From: Mayamaea pseudoterrestris
Taxonomy: Eukaryota
Assembly (NCBI GenBank): GCA_027923505.1
Contig: BROI01000004.1
Location: 868,001-932,000 of the forward strand
Length of the DNA stretch: 64,000 bases
Reading direction: 5' to 3'
Part shown: piece by piece, positions 11,101-22,800 of the stretch
Numbering within the stretch: the first letter of the stretch is position 1
How the letters are laid out: the number at the start of each line of letters is the position of its first letter
The notes under the pieces: model-generated
Database searches by the model: none
What the model was told of the DNA's origin: nothing
Seen by the model: the letters and a program-made list of their open reading frames with translations, nothing else
Position numbers and translations under genes: made by a program

Positions 11101-14100
11101 CCTGTTTGAAACTCGAGTTTGATGTATGGCAGCAGAACGATGCTTCCGAGTTTACGACTAAGCTTCTCGACCGGCTTGAAGTGTCGCTCAGGAAATGGGC
11201 ACCCGCACATTTTCGATATCTGGACCACATGTTTGGAATTAAACAGATTAAGCAGAAGATCTGCCGAGAATGTGGTTTGAAGTCGAACCGCGAAGAGAAA
11301 CTATTGAACATCGACTGCCAGATTCGAGGAAAGACAGACATTCAGGAGGCCCTGGCTACGTTTACGGAGACGGAAATTATGGAAGGTAGCAATCAAGTCT
11401 TCTGCGAAAGCTGCGACAAGAATACAGATGTAAGTTACACAATACCAGAATTATGTCATCTCCTATGTATACTGACCGCGTATCATTCTTTCGATAGACT
11501 ATTTTGCGTACTGCCCTATCAACGCTACCAAATGTGCTCATACTGTCTTTGAAACGATTTGATCTGGACTTTACAACTTTTGAGACAGTAAAATTGAACA
11601 GTCGGTGCGCTTTTGGGCAGACTTTAAACATGAAACAATTTACACTCGAAGGAATTGAGGCCAAGGAGAAGGAAGTTGCCGCTGCCGACAACGTGTTAGA
11701 CACCAGCGACACTGAAAAGCAACGCAGCGAGAGTAATGAAAATGATGAGATGAGCTCTGACGTCAAAGATTATGAGTATCGCCTCGCTGGTGTCCTTGTT
11801 CATGCCGGAGTGGCACAAGGAGGTCACTACTATAGCTTTATTCGAGAAAGGAACGAGGGAGCCGATGACAAATGGTATCGTTTTGACGACGAAGACGTTA
11901 CACCATTTGATCCTGCCAATATTGAAACGGAGTGCTTTGGAGGGCGAGTGAAAAAGGAGACGAAGTGGCCGAATGGGCAAGTTCATACAGTCGAGCAAGA
12001 GCAATTTGCAAATGCGTTAATGCTTTTCTATGAGAAGGTTGAGCCGTTAAAAGTTCCCGCTGATGCATTGGAAAGATCGCAAAATGTGGACTGCATCAGG
12101 TCCTCGGGATACGACGTTTTCAAAGATGATGTGCTCCAGTCAAATGCTGCTCATAGATGGCAAGCCTTTCTATTTGACTCCGAATTCCAACTTTTTTTGA
12201 AACGACTGCTCGGGCATTGCGCGGTACCAAGTCCTCGTGGGGTTTCGCCACAGGTATGGCGTGAGCCGCTACTCCTTATGCTCCTTGAATATTTCTTTGA
12301 TGTAATGCCTTACTCTGTCGATCGCGGCTGTGTTCACGATTGGGTGAATACACTGGAACAAGCACTGTACATAGACGCCAGGAGCGCTCGACGGTTCGTT
12401 CATATTCTTGCCAAGAAGACGAGCCAAATATCGTCCAACTGGTACCGAACCTTTTTGGTCGAGTGTCCGGACCAAGCTGCAAGAAGTGGAGCTGTCCGCG
12501 TCTTTGGTGCCGGTATTCGTTCCTGCTTATCTTTTAACGACGAGCAGCGTGAGCTGGCAGCATGGGTGGATGCATGGTCGCAACAATCGCAGTCATTACA
12601 GTTAAATGGCCCGATACCTATCCCTGCCATTCTCACTGAGCGATGGGCTGCTCATGAAGATATTGAAACATTAGAACGCGGCGGTTCATCTAGTGTGGGG
12701 ATATTAATTTCTTCGCTCAATGTCTTCTTAGATGTGTTGCCTCGATGCTGGCGCATGAATTCGGAGCTTTTCTTGTTGATTCGTCAACTGGCTGTTATGC
12801 AAATTGAACAAGTCTCCATTCTACGTAAATCGCTTATAGCAGCTCTGATCCCCATGCGCTTGCTTGGCATCATCTTACGTGACCGGCTCCAACCTATTGA
12901 TTTACAGGATGCATTTCCAGGTGCTTGCGTTTCATTGGAGACTGCGAACTCACAGACTCGTCCAGAATCAGGCCATGGCCATAGTATTTCGATGACCGGA
13001 AATCACATGAATTCGAACGACAGTGGTCGTGGTCCTAATATAGACTACTTGGTTCTTTTTGAATGTTTGTCCTGCATTGCTTCCCTACCAGGCGCAGTCA
13101 AGGCAATTCTTGTAGTTGATTCGGGCGAATTGATACGAGGCCGTCGACGCTATATTCTAACGGACGCAGCAGTTCAGGCGCTCACTGCTGTTTTTCACGA
13201 GCACTGCCCACAGGGATCGTCTGGCATGGCTCGACGCGATTTGGAAGCTTATTTGAGTCAATGCGGCGCCGAGACAGTCCACACCATAAATCAGAGGGTC
13301 TCTGACATGATGAAACGGTCTGCGATCGACGACACGGCGCACGGCCCAAAGTACCTGACTCTAACCGGATTCCTCGCGTACTATCGCGATGTAGTACAAA
13401 ACGACGATTCGCAGTTGCGAACGGATCTGCATTTTTTAGGATTTCGACCGGATTTGTCACGCCGCTCTTTCGTTTCGAGAAAATTGCTGCGAGATGGTCG
13501 GACTTCGTATCGGGAACCCGCCGAAAGTATCGCCATTGATGTTGGCGAATTTTTTTGCGATTCGTCAGCCAGCTTGGGTGTTATGGCTGACTTGGTCATG
13601 GGGTACACGTTATGGCTCTATGATCTTGCTTTTAGAGTATCTGAAGTACATGCACTCTATCTTCTTGCTGCCGTGACATACCAACGTGACATAAGTGACT
13701 TGCTGAATCGGATACTGCAATCAATTTCAACGAATGCAGCAGATTGGCCAGGTAACGAGAGAGTTAGCATCATGACACAGGCTTTAAAGTGTGTTGCTGC
13801 TGTCCAAGACCGGAACCAAAATAGGAATATTTTTATCATCATGGAGTCGCAATGGCGGCCAGGGAGTGCTGACAACGAAGTGGGTCTGCTACCGATGTTG
13901 CGCAACGTGAAGAGGGCTTTAGGCTCGAATCCATATAGTCAGGAACTTCAATGGATCCGTAGTCGTTATATTGCAATTCTGAGAAATCTGCTCAAGTCAG
14001 CATGTATTCTGCAATGGATGCAATTGAATAAGTCAAATTGGGCGTTCGTCGAACGTGATTTGACCGACGACCGGGTGATTACCCACCAGGTGCGCGACGA

Positions 14101-14734
14101 TTTTATGGGGCGCGACGATATAGGAACGTACGGGCCACGCCAAATAGGCGACCGCAGTATCAGTCAGACAGATGTTGATATGGGGAATATGAACGAGGAA
14201 TCGGAGGACGACGACGATGACGAGGAAGAGTCGCGGTTTGGTGATCAACTGTTGAATGATGATTTGATGACAAACGATGATCAGGATAGCACAATGTATC
14301 TCGAGCCGGATCAATCCAGAATTGAAATTCAAGGCGCAGGCTCTGACGAGGTCAATGGTGTTTATCGAGAGATGAGATATCATGACGGCCATGGTCGGTT
14401 CTCACGACGTGGTATATATGACGGCAAGAAGGTCATGTTTTGGATATGTCTCTGTAACGTGAGCAACAACACGCGTCATTGGTACATTTCTATTGTTCCG
14501 CATAATAAAAGTCCTGGCACATCCAATGACATTGACTTTTACCACGCTCCATGTGATGCGGCATCGCCCGAGATCCCTCCCAGAAGCGGATGGGTTGCCG
14601 CGACGACGGGAAAACTTCCGGCTCCGTATTTGAATTACCTTGATGGTCCTTCGCCAGTGGAGGACGACGACGAATCTTTCGGTAATTATGATTCAACGGG
14701 GCTGAGCGACGATATTAATTCATCGCTCGCATAG
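5199..14734 (+). CDS. Giant ubiquitin-specific protease (peptidase C19, USP9X/24/34-like); exons 5199-5283, 5389-11429, 11498-14734 (3120 aa)
   Basis: Cys box GLKNAGCTCYMNSVLQQL, QQNDASEF, LSLKRF, and His box GVLVHAGVAQGGHYYSFI...WYRFDD. GTAAGC/AAG and GTAAGT/TAG introns restore the frame; total length 9363 nt. Confidence 0.93.
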
Positions 14735-14863
14735 ATAATATTAGACGACACCTGACTAAATCGATTAACATACTCTGTTCCGTGATGCTATTGTATTATT
14801 GATCGAGAACAGGCGCAAGCGCAGTAGCTATCCAGTACTGTATAATGCCAGCCCTCGTCATGT

Positions 14864-16198
14864 CTAGATGCCTTTGTCGACCATTCCGGTAATCCTTTTG
14901 TTTTGTAAATCAACCAACAAATTACTTAGAAAGGCGAGATAAAGTTGCTTATCAAACGATCCACGGAAAAAGTTGCAGCTCAAATTTGTTTCGAGCAGAC
15001 AAATGGGTAGTGTCGGGTCGTTAGAAAAGACTACATCCCATCCGGCGAGCGGCACGCGCGGGCAAAGCTGCAAGTGGCTCTTTTCTACGAGCGAAAGCAT
15101 GCCTTGAATGTCCGGCACAATGCTGCCCGTCACTTCAATATTGCCATCCGGATGATGTTCGTAACTATGCGACGACCGCCACGCGCACTTGAAAGGTTCC
15201 GTCAAACCTAGCTTGTACCAGTGCTGGTTCGTTGTGCCTTTTCGAATCAATCCTGTTTCAGTGTCAACGTCGAACAGGATGGAGTCATGATCCGTCGCTG
15301 CTCCCTCCCGACCGGCTCGAAAAACGCACGAAAGTGCCGTTACGTCCGACGGCCGCGCCACCTGGTCCATGTTACAGGCTGCCTTGCTGCATGTAATGAC
15401 CCGAAATGTTGACAGTGGCGCATTTGGCGGCAATAGCGACTGGACCCATTCGCTGTTTTGCAATCGCTCCTGGATGATCCAGTCTCCTCCGTCTGTGGCA
15501 TTCTTGTAAAAGTAAATTCCCAACCCCCCTTCCTCGTTGCGATGCTTGACTACAATGCCTGGCGTCTTCATGTATGGACTGACAGGAACGCCTCGCTCCA
15601 ATCCAGTTTCCAAAAAAGTCCACTTGTTCTCCATTTGGTAGTCTACCGGCATGTTTTTTGTTACTGGGTCCGTATTCAAATATGAATGCAATCCAACCAT
15701 GACGCAGTTCAGTCGCCAATAAGTGAACCAGTCATCTGGCGCCAACAAACGAATCGAGTACTCCTTGACAAGAGAAACATCTTTGCATGTCAACTTTTTG
15801 TGCACACTGGCCATCAAGGCAATGACGGGGTAGCAAGTTAGCAAGCAACCGGCTGCTAAGTAGCGATTTGAAGCGACAAGACTCAACGGAAATCCCGTGC
15901 CTGGAATGGCCACATTGCGTAGATTATCAAGTAAATCGTCGCGATAGGTCCCCTTGCGATAATGCGGCTTATCGTACAAGTAAAAGTTAGCTGTGAGAGT
16001 ATACAAGTGGATTCGAACGTGCTGTTTGAATAGTTTTTGCATGGGAGTGTCGGTTGGTTTGTTTGGGAGAAATGTCGCTTCATCGCCAGTCAAAAAGGCT
16101 CCACTACGACCTGCTCCACATAGATAGTAGAAGAAGCCATGGTAGTAGGTCTTTGTATGCTCCAAGAGCTCGGCGAACGAAGATAGCTGGTTCCCCAT
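14864..16198 (-). CDS. ATP-grasp fold protein (sugar-transfer-associated / alpha-L-glutamate-ligase-like), 444 aa
   Basis: Motifs VVKHRNEEGGLGI, WIIQERLQN, LSTFRVIT, VFRAGR...TDH, LAGWDVV and LLETN match the ATP-grasp pattern. Likely start MGNQLSS at 16198. Confidence 0.7.
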   Translation of the reverse strand: MGNQLSSFAELLEHTKTYYHGFFYYLCGAGRSGAFLTGDEATFLPNKPTDTPMQKLFKQHVRIHLYTLTANFYLYDKPHYRKGTYRDDLLDNLRNVAIPGTGFPLSLVASNRYLAAGCLLTCYPVIALMASVHKKLTCKDVSLVKEYSIRLLAPDDWFTYWRLNCVMVGLHSYLNTDPVTKNMPVDYQMENKWTFLETGLERGVPVSPYMKTPGIVVKHRNEEGGLGIYFYKNATDGGDWIIQERLQNSEWVQSLLPPNAPLSTFRVITCSKAACNMDQVARPSDVTALSCVFRAGREGAATDHDSILFDVDTETGLIRKGTTNQHWYKLGLTEPFKCAWRSSHSYEHHPDGNIEVTGSIVPDIQGMLSLVEKSHLQLCPRVPLAGWDVVFSNDPTLPICLLETNLSCNFFRGSFDKQLYLAFLSNLLVDLQNKRITGMVDKGI

Positions 16199-16439
16199 GG
16201 TGATGAATGATAAATGTGCCAGGCGTGACAATCGAAAAAGGAAGCGCAATAGCAATCGTCAGAGTCTTAGCGGTAATGACAAAACCAGTGCGACAAGTAT
16301 CGAGAGAGCTTGCGCGAGCCACGAAATCTTTTGAAAATTGGCCATGACATTCGATTTGTTCCTTCATCCGGAGCCTATTGCAGCTATAACCAGCTTTCGC
16401 CTTTAAAAAACTGTTTGAACACATTATTGAACAATCATC

Positions 16440-16850
16440 ATGTCAGTGAACGAAGTGAAATTGAAGCGGGCAACCGAGGCATTTGCAATTAAAGGAACAG
16501 GCCCACCCACCTCACGAACCATAGTCTTGGGCGATGAGGATCACACGCTTGGAAATGCGCTACGACATGTTCTACTGGCATCCGACGCTCAAGTCGCCTT
16601 TGCGGGCTACTCGGTTCCTCATCCAGCGGAACCAATTGTTCAAGTGAGAGTCCAGACGACTGACAAGACGACGGCGCTAGATGCCTTTGTTACGGCATGT
16701 TCGACGTTGCAAAATCAATGCGACATTTTGCTGGAAAAGCTTGAGGAGACGCTTCCTGAAGTTAAAGAGGATCGAATTAAAATGGAAGAGCTGCTACTGG
16801 AGGAAGGGTATGGGCAGGAAGACGACGATGAGGAGGAGCAAGATGAGTGA
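16440..16850 (+). CDS. POLR1D: RNA polymerase I/III subunit AC19 (RPAC2, RPB11/RpoL family)
   Basis: DEDHTLGNALRHVL...FAGYSVPHP...VRVQT signature; acidic tail. Confidence 0.88.
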   Translation: MSVNEVKLKRATEAFAIKGTGPPTSRTIVLGDEDHTLGNALRHVLLASDAQVAFAGYSVPHPAEPIVQVRVQTTDKTTALDAFVTACSTLQNQCDILLEKLEETLPEVKEDRIKMEELLLEEGYGQEDDDEEEQDE

Positions 16851-17142
16851 GGCGACGTAGGAGTTGCTGTTATATGAATCCGTTCGCTTCGACTACTTGT
16901 ACACACAAAACGGAGAATAGACACTACTCTGTTATATCCATTATAGTCTGAACATGTAAAACTAACACTAGTAAATTAATTACAGTTTTGATCATGTAAA
17001 ACCAACTATTGGATAGCATCTTGTAGACATTACAGTCATCTCTATTCTATTACGCAAAGAATGAAACTACCATAATGCAAAAACACATGTTCTTCTCTCT
17101 CATTTTATAATTCAACCAACAGAGACTCGACACGATTTTCAA

Positions 17143-19381
17143 CTACCAGTGACCCGCTCCAAAGTTACCAGAGCCTCCGCCTCCGTAACCACCGCCTCCG
17201 CCATAACCTCCAGACTGCCCGCCTCCGTAGCCGCCAGACTGCCCGCCGCCATAACCACCAGACTGACCACCACCACCGTCGCGACCACCATTACTGTAGC
17301 GGTAATCCACAGATCCAAATTGTTTGCCTCCACCGCGTCCGCCACGATTGCCTCCACGACCACCGCGATGGCCACTGAACTGGCACATACTATTCAACCA
17401 CTGCGGAACCTCCTGCTCGTTCTCATCAAGCAAGTCGCGGAGCTCGCGAACGACGCCAGAGTTCTTTTCATTGACAAAAGAAAGAGCTGATCCAAGGTTT
17501 CCGGCGCGACCAGTACGTCCAATACGGTGGACGTAGTCGTCAATATTCGTCGGCAAGTCGTAGTTGATAACTTGCGTGACATTGGGAATATCCAATCCGC
17601 GACTGGCCACGTCGGTTGCCACCATGACCGGAGTTTCGCCTCGCTTGAAGCTCTTCAAGGCATCCTCACGCTCCCGCTGCGTCTTGTCGCCATGAATCGA
17701 GCAGGCCGGGAACCCCTGACCGCACAAGACATCCTCCAAATAGTCACAAGAGCGCTTGGTTTCAACAAAGATAAGGATCAAGCCATCCTCAATCGTCAAG
17801 AGAAACTTCATGACGGCTTGCAACTTGTCGCGTTCCTCCACGTATTCAACGTGCTGCGAAACATCCTTGGAGGCTGACCCGACGCGACCAACCGTCAAAA
17901 AGACATAGTCCTTCATAAAGTCTCCAGCCAAGCGCTGAATCTGCGATGGAAAGGTTGCGCTAAACATCATCGACTGACGATCATACGGCATGCCTGACTC
18001 AAGGACAATGTTGCGAATCTGCGGCTCAAAACCCTGCAAAAGTAAAAAATGGCTGTGTTAGTTTCACTTGACCTAGAGCAACACTCCAACAAACTAAACA
18101 AAGCTAAGACATACCATATCCAACATTCTGTCCGCCTCGTCCAAGACCAAGAAACGCACTGCTTCCATGCTCAGACGGCCCCGTTCGACCAAATCAACCA
18201 ATCGGCCGGGCGTCCCGACGAGCAAGTCACATCCCATGGAGATTTGACGCAACTGGTCGCGCACGTCGGCACCTCCATAGATGCAAACCGTTGCAATACC
18301 CGTGCGATAGGTGAATCGTTCCGCTTCCACGTGAATCTGCTGGGCCAACTCGCGCGTCGGCGCCAACACCAAGGCTTCCGGATAGGTGGTGTGACTGCGC
18401 CGACCTGGAATGGGTGCGGACGGGTTCGACGGGTCGTTGCTTAAAGCGGCTCCACCATGCTGAAGCATACTCAAGATGATTGGAAACAAAAAGCCAGCCG
18501 TCTTGCCTGATCCCGTCTGGGCGCACGCCATGACATCGCGACCAGCCGAGGCAATGGGCACCGAGTACTTTTGCACGGGCGTGGGCTTGTCGTATCCGCA
18601 AAGCTGCGTGTTGCGATACAAGTCTTCTCCAATCGTTTCGATACTGTACGAGTCAATTGGATCCGGAATGTTTTCACCCGTGACTTCAATGGGAATCTTG
18701 TCGTAATTGTCAAAGTTGATGCCAGTCGTCTGCTGGTCCTCGGCGTGAAAGAGACGCGACTCCAGGCGCTTGTCGGGTAGCACATCACCATGGTAACCAC
18801 GCTCGTTCACCTTGGCGTAGCTTCCTCCTCGTCCACTCGAGTAGTTTCCGCCACCGCCGCCGCGGCCTCCTCCACGACCACCACCCGCGTATCCGCCACC
18901 GCCAGCGTCTCCAACGTTGGACCAGCGCGAGTTGGACGCCTGCGGAGGATTTCCACCGCGCTCATAGTGGTTTCCTCCAGCATCAGCGCCGCGAGTATCG
19001 TTTCCGTAGGACGGCTTGGAGTAACTGCCACGACCTCCTCCGCCGGCTCCTCCCGCGTAGCCTCCGCGACCGCCGCTGTTATTGTTGTTGTTGTTGCTTG
19101 TTCTACCACTGCTTCCACCTGAGTTTCTCAGATGTGGTGGCACATATTTGCTTCCTGATCAACGCGAGTGAGATAAAAGGGTGAGTGATGCGCCTACAGA
19201 AAAAAGGTGCAAGGCCAACAAAGCAAACGAGGCGAGCAGCTGCTCGGCAGTCGTCTAATGTTTCGAATTTCTTCTTCGCCAAGCCTTGTCAAAACTCTAC
19301 CACACCGACCACTCTATATCATCCTTTTTCAATAATCAAAAACATTCTCTCATTTGTCTAGACAAACGTACCATTTTGCAT
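17143..19381 (-). CDS. DDX3: DEAD-box RNA helicase DDX3/Ded1; exons 19381-19372, 19154-18115, 18033-17143 (646 aa)
   Basis: [14 protein letters not shown]-terminus, [43 protein letters not shown], and RGG-rich termini. Canonical GT-AG introns restore the frame. Confidence 0.95.
17173..17277 (-). repeat. Coding tandem repeat (GGGQSGGY)x3 plus GGY units in the DDX3 C-terminal low-complexity tail
   Basis: 24-nt periodic units seen directly in the DNA and the translation. Confidence 0.8.
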
Positions 19382-19815
19382 TACAGGTAAAAAAGTCTTG
19401 TCCAAAGGATGGAACAAAAAAGTTGTGTGGTTGATCCAAGTCGTCGCGCGCCTTCGCGCGGCCAACCGTTTTCCGTCGTGCGCGTCTCGGGGCGGACAGA
19501 CGGTGCAAAACAGTCTTACCGGTATTAAAGCACTTTTTATCCTAGAGTACTTAAGTTCACTCTTTAGCTTACTGTAGGTTCATGGTCGTTCCGGTACTCG
19601 GTACTATTGCGACTTGATTGAGAGACTCATCTGCTTCGTTGTACTTTTGACTTTTGACCATGGGATCCCCAGCTTTCAGAGTAATTACAAAGACCATTTG
19701 GCTGACCTTTTAGTGAACGTGTTTTCACATTGAAAATATCGAGCCACCTGCACTGATCAGCAGAAAGTTGACGCCACGTCTGCATCTTTAGCTGCTTTGA
19801 TAAGCAAGCTGCAGA

Positions 19816-22800
19816 ATGCCTCGCGCAACTCGCGGCGGCGGACAGAAAGGCAAGAAAGAAGCAGATTCAGCTGCGACAGCCGAAGAGCCGAATCCAACGA
19901 TCGCTCGAGCCAGCAGCCGCAATCGAGGCAAGGCAAAGGTCGAGGAAGCGAACCCACTGCAGGCTCCAGTCGCAGCAGTTGCACAGGCGTCAGCTCCGTC
20001 CACTCGACAACGAGCAACGACGCGAAAATCGAAAAAGGCTACGGTAGCAGACCAATGCGAAAAGAGCTCTACAAACGAGGAGGAGGCTCCATTGAAATTG
20101 GAGACTAAGCGAAGAGGTCGCAAGCGAAAGGGAGATCAAGTCGCGCAGCACGAAGAATCTGTCACAGATGCTTCCATGTCAACCGATAATGTTCCGTCTA
20201 CCGGTAGACCGACTCGCCGACGACGCAAGGGAAGTGCAGATTTGGATGCTGCATCAATAAAGCAGCAAGAACAGCCATTTGCACAAGCGAGCGACGAGCC
20301 GAAAGAATTTGATAATGGCCAAGCTGATGGAAGTGAATTCGAGGATACTGACCGAGCAAACGACGCAAACATTCTATCGCCATCTACGCCAAAAAGTGTT
20401 TTGAACGAAGCTGAGGCAGCACAACTCGTTTCGGATGTTTTGAATTCTTACTCGAAGCGAAACAGCAGCAACAACTTGAGCGGTGATGGAGGCGGAAGTA
20501 GTGGTTCACCGGCGTCATCGAATAGAAAACTCGCAACTAGTCAAACGCTTGCCGAAGATCACGCCTTAATATGTTCTGAAAGTCAAATTGACCCAGTGAG
20601 GTTGTCGCCTCGGCACGAGACAGCTGAAGCGTCCAACAACGACCATTATTCAACAGCATTCACAGCAAAAAGTTATCACGAGCAAGGTGCATCAAAGATT
20701 GAACTTGATATCATGGCACTTTCAGATGAGATTCATAATGAAAGTATGGTTGCGTCACCTCGCTTTCATCCGGAACACGATACAGGCAAGACGACAACAA
20801 TGCGGTCCACCATTGAGCCTCCCACATCGGCACCCGCGGGGCCACCCGCCTATCAAATGTCTCCTCTTGAGTTTCTGGCTCGGTCGGCCGTTGCGGCCAT
20901 GAACTTGATTCCTGCCTACGCGCCACGGCTGGATGACGATGATGATGACGACGGCGAAAATGATGATGCGATAGTTTCTCGCTACGTTGCTCGCAAACGC
21001 AGCGGCAGCAGCAACTCTGCTCATGATGCACCAATTTTCGAGGTTAACGAGTCGCAAGCCAATTACCAGCCAATGATATACAGGGAGGATCCAGTCGTGA
21101 CGCAAGATGTTGCGCAAGACGCGGAGGAATTAGTTGTGACGCAAGATGTTGCGCAAGACGAATACAACGAGCAAAATGCGGAGAAATTGTCTTCATTGCC
21201 GGAGCTAATTGCAAAAGAATGTATTTTGGCTGTTTCTGAAAAGGATAACATTGCTATTACACCATGCATTGCCGAAGGCGATGACCCTGGACCAGGGGCC
21301 TTTTCTCGAAATTTTCCCGAGCAATCCGACGACGCCGATCCTCCCTCGACCTCTACATTGCAGGCGATTTACGAAACCCAGCCTGCAACAGAAACAAAGA
21401 CGCCAGAAGCAGCAGCATGCACAAATGTTGAAGCAATGACACCTTCCAATGAAACAAATGCTGATCAATCTAAGGCGATGCAGACCGATTTCTCGTCACC
21501 GCTAGAAAACATGCATCTTGATGATGGGGCGACGGCAATTGACACGATGGATGTTGACGAAGATCAGTTCGCTGCGAAGTCGGAAGTCGCATCAATTGAC
21601 GCAGACGCTGACATGGCGCAGCATGAAGTGCCACCAGAGGCGATGATGATGGCGGTTACGGCTCACATTGACGAGACGAGGGACGGAGAAAAGGAGAGTT
21701 TTACGGGCAATGGGACGGTATTTCCAAATGTTGGGGCAGTAGAGAGCTCGAACAAGACTGGTGTGGAAGTATGGGAGAATACTCCTTTAGTTTTGAATAA
21801 AGAGGTCGGTGCGATGGAGTCTAGCAAGGCGACCTGTGACGGAGAAGAAATAGCTACAGAAAACTCGCAAAAGAGTGGGATAACTGAACAGAACGTTCAG
21901 AACGTTAAAAATCAAAGCGTATCGGAACAGTCATTTGCCGAACCCTCCACATGCGCCGACGATAACAATGAAGCGTTCGTACCGGAAGCAGGTGACATGG
22001 GCACTGCTTCTCAGCTAACTGAAGTGATCACGCCGCAGAAAGAAATACCAGTGTCGACAGAGTCGGACGTCACGAATAAGCCTCAGATCAGCAGTATGAA
22101 TCTTACACAAGAAAAACATCTCAACGAGACAGTACCAATGGAGATTGATGATGCTGCGTCGAACAATGTGGACGCGACTACAACCTCTCCCTTCTCAACG
22201 CCAGGCCCGGAACGCGTTACACACAGCGATTCTGATAGCCATGGCAGCGCAGATGCAGAATTACCGGGACCCGCAAATGCACAATCGCCCATTGATGACT
22301 TTTACGAACATACTCTGCATCATGTTGATAATTTGATCTTTCCTCCCATCATACCTGAATCATCAGCTAATGTTGTGGATTCTTGGCCAGCAAAGACCTT
22401 CCGGATACTCAACCTCGACCGCTTAAAGCTGAAGCTATACATGGAAGGTCGGCGCACGCACCAATGTCAGGAATACGAACGTCGATTTAGTAAATATTGG
22501 GCTGCATTATCTATAAGGCTAGAGGAAGAGCTCTCACCCTCTAATGTACACAAATGCGAAGCGATTTTGCAAAACTTTCTCACAACAAAGAAGTTGCGCA
22601 GACTGCACAACAAGCTCATACTGGGTAAGGAGACAATATTTATTGGCATTTCGCTCCGTATTTTTGCATCTTACAAGTTTCGTATGCATTTCAGGATTAA
22701 TGGAACGCTGCTTGCGGCCCTATACGTTGGTAGACTTTGTCGATGAGGGCTTTCCCGCTGCTTGGAAAGATCGCGTCCAGATCACCACACTTGAACGCTT

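Noticed and set aside
11430..11552. Apparent frameshift or overlap between the 2048-aa and 1076-aa ORFs (also at 22544-22746 and 47857-47967)
   Set aside because: Each is fully explained by a canonical GT-AG intron; not a pseudogene or programmed frameshift.
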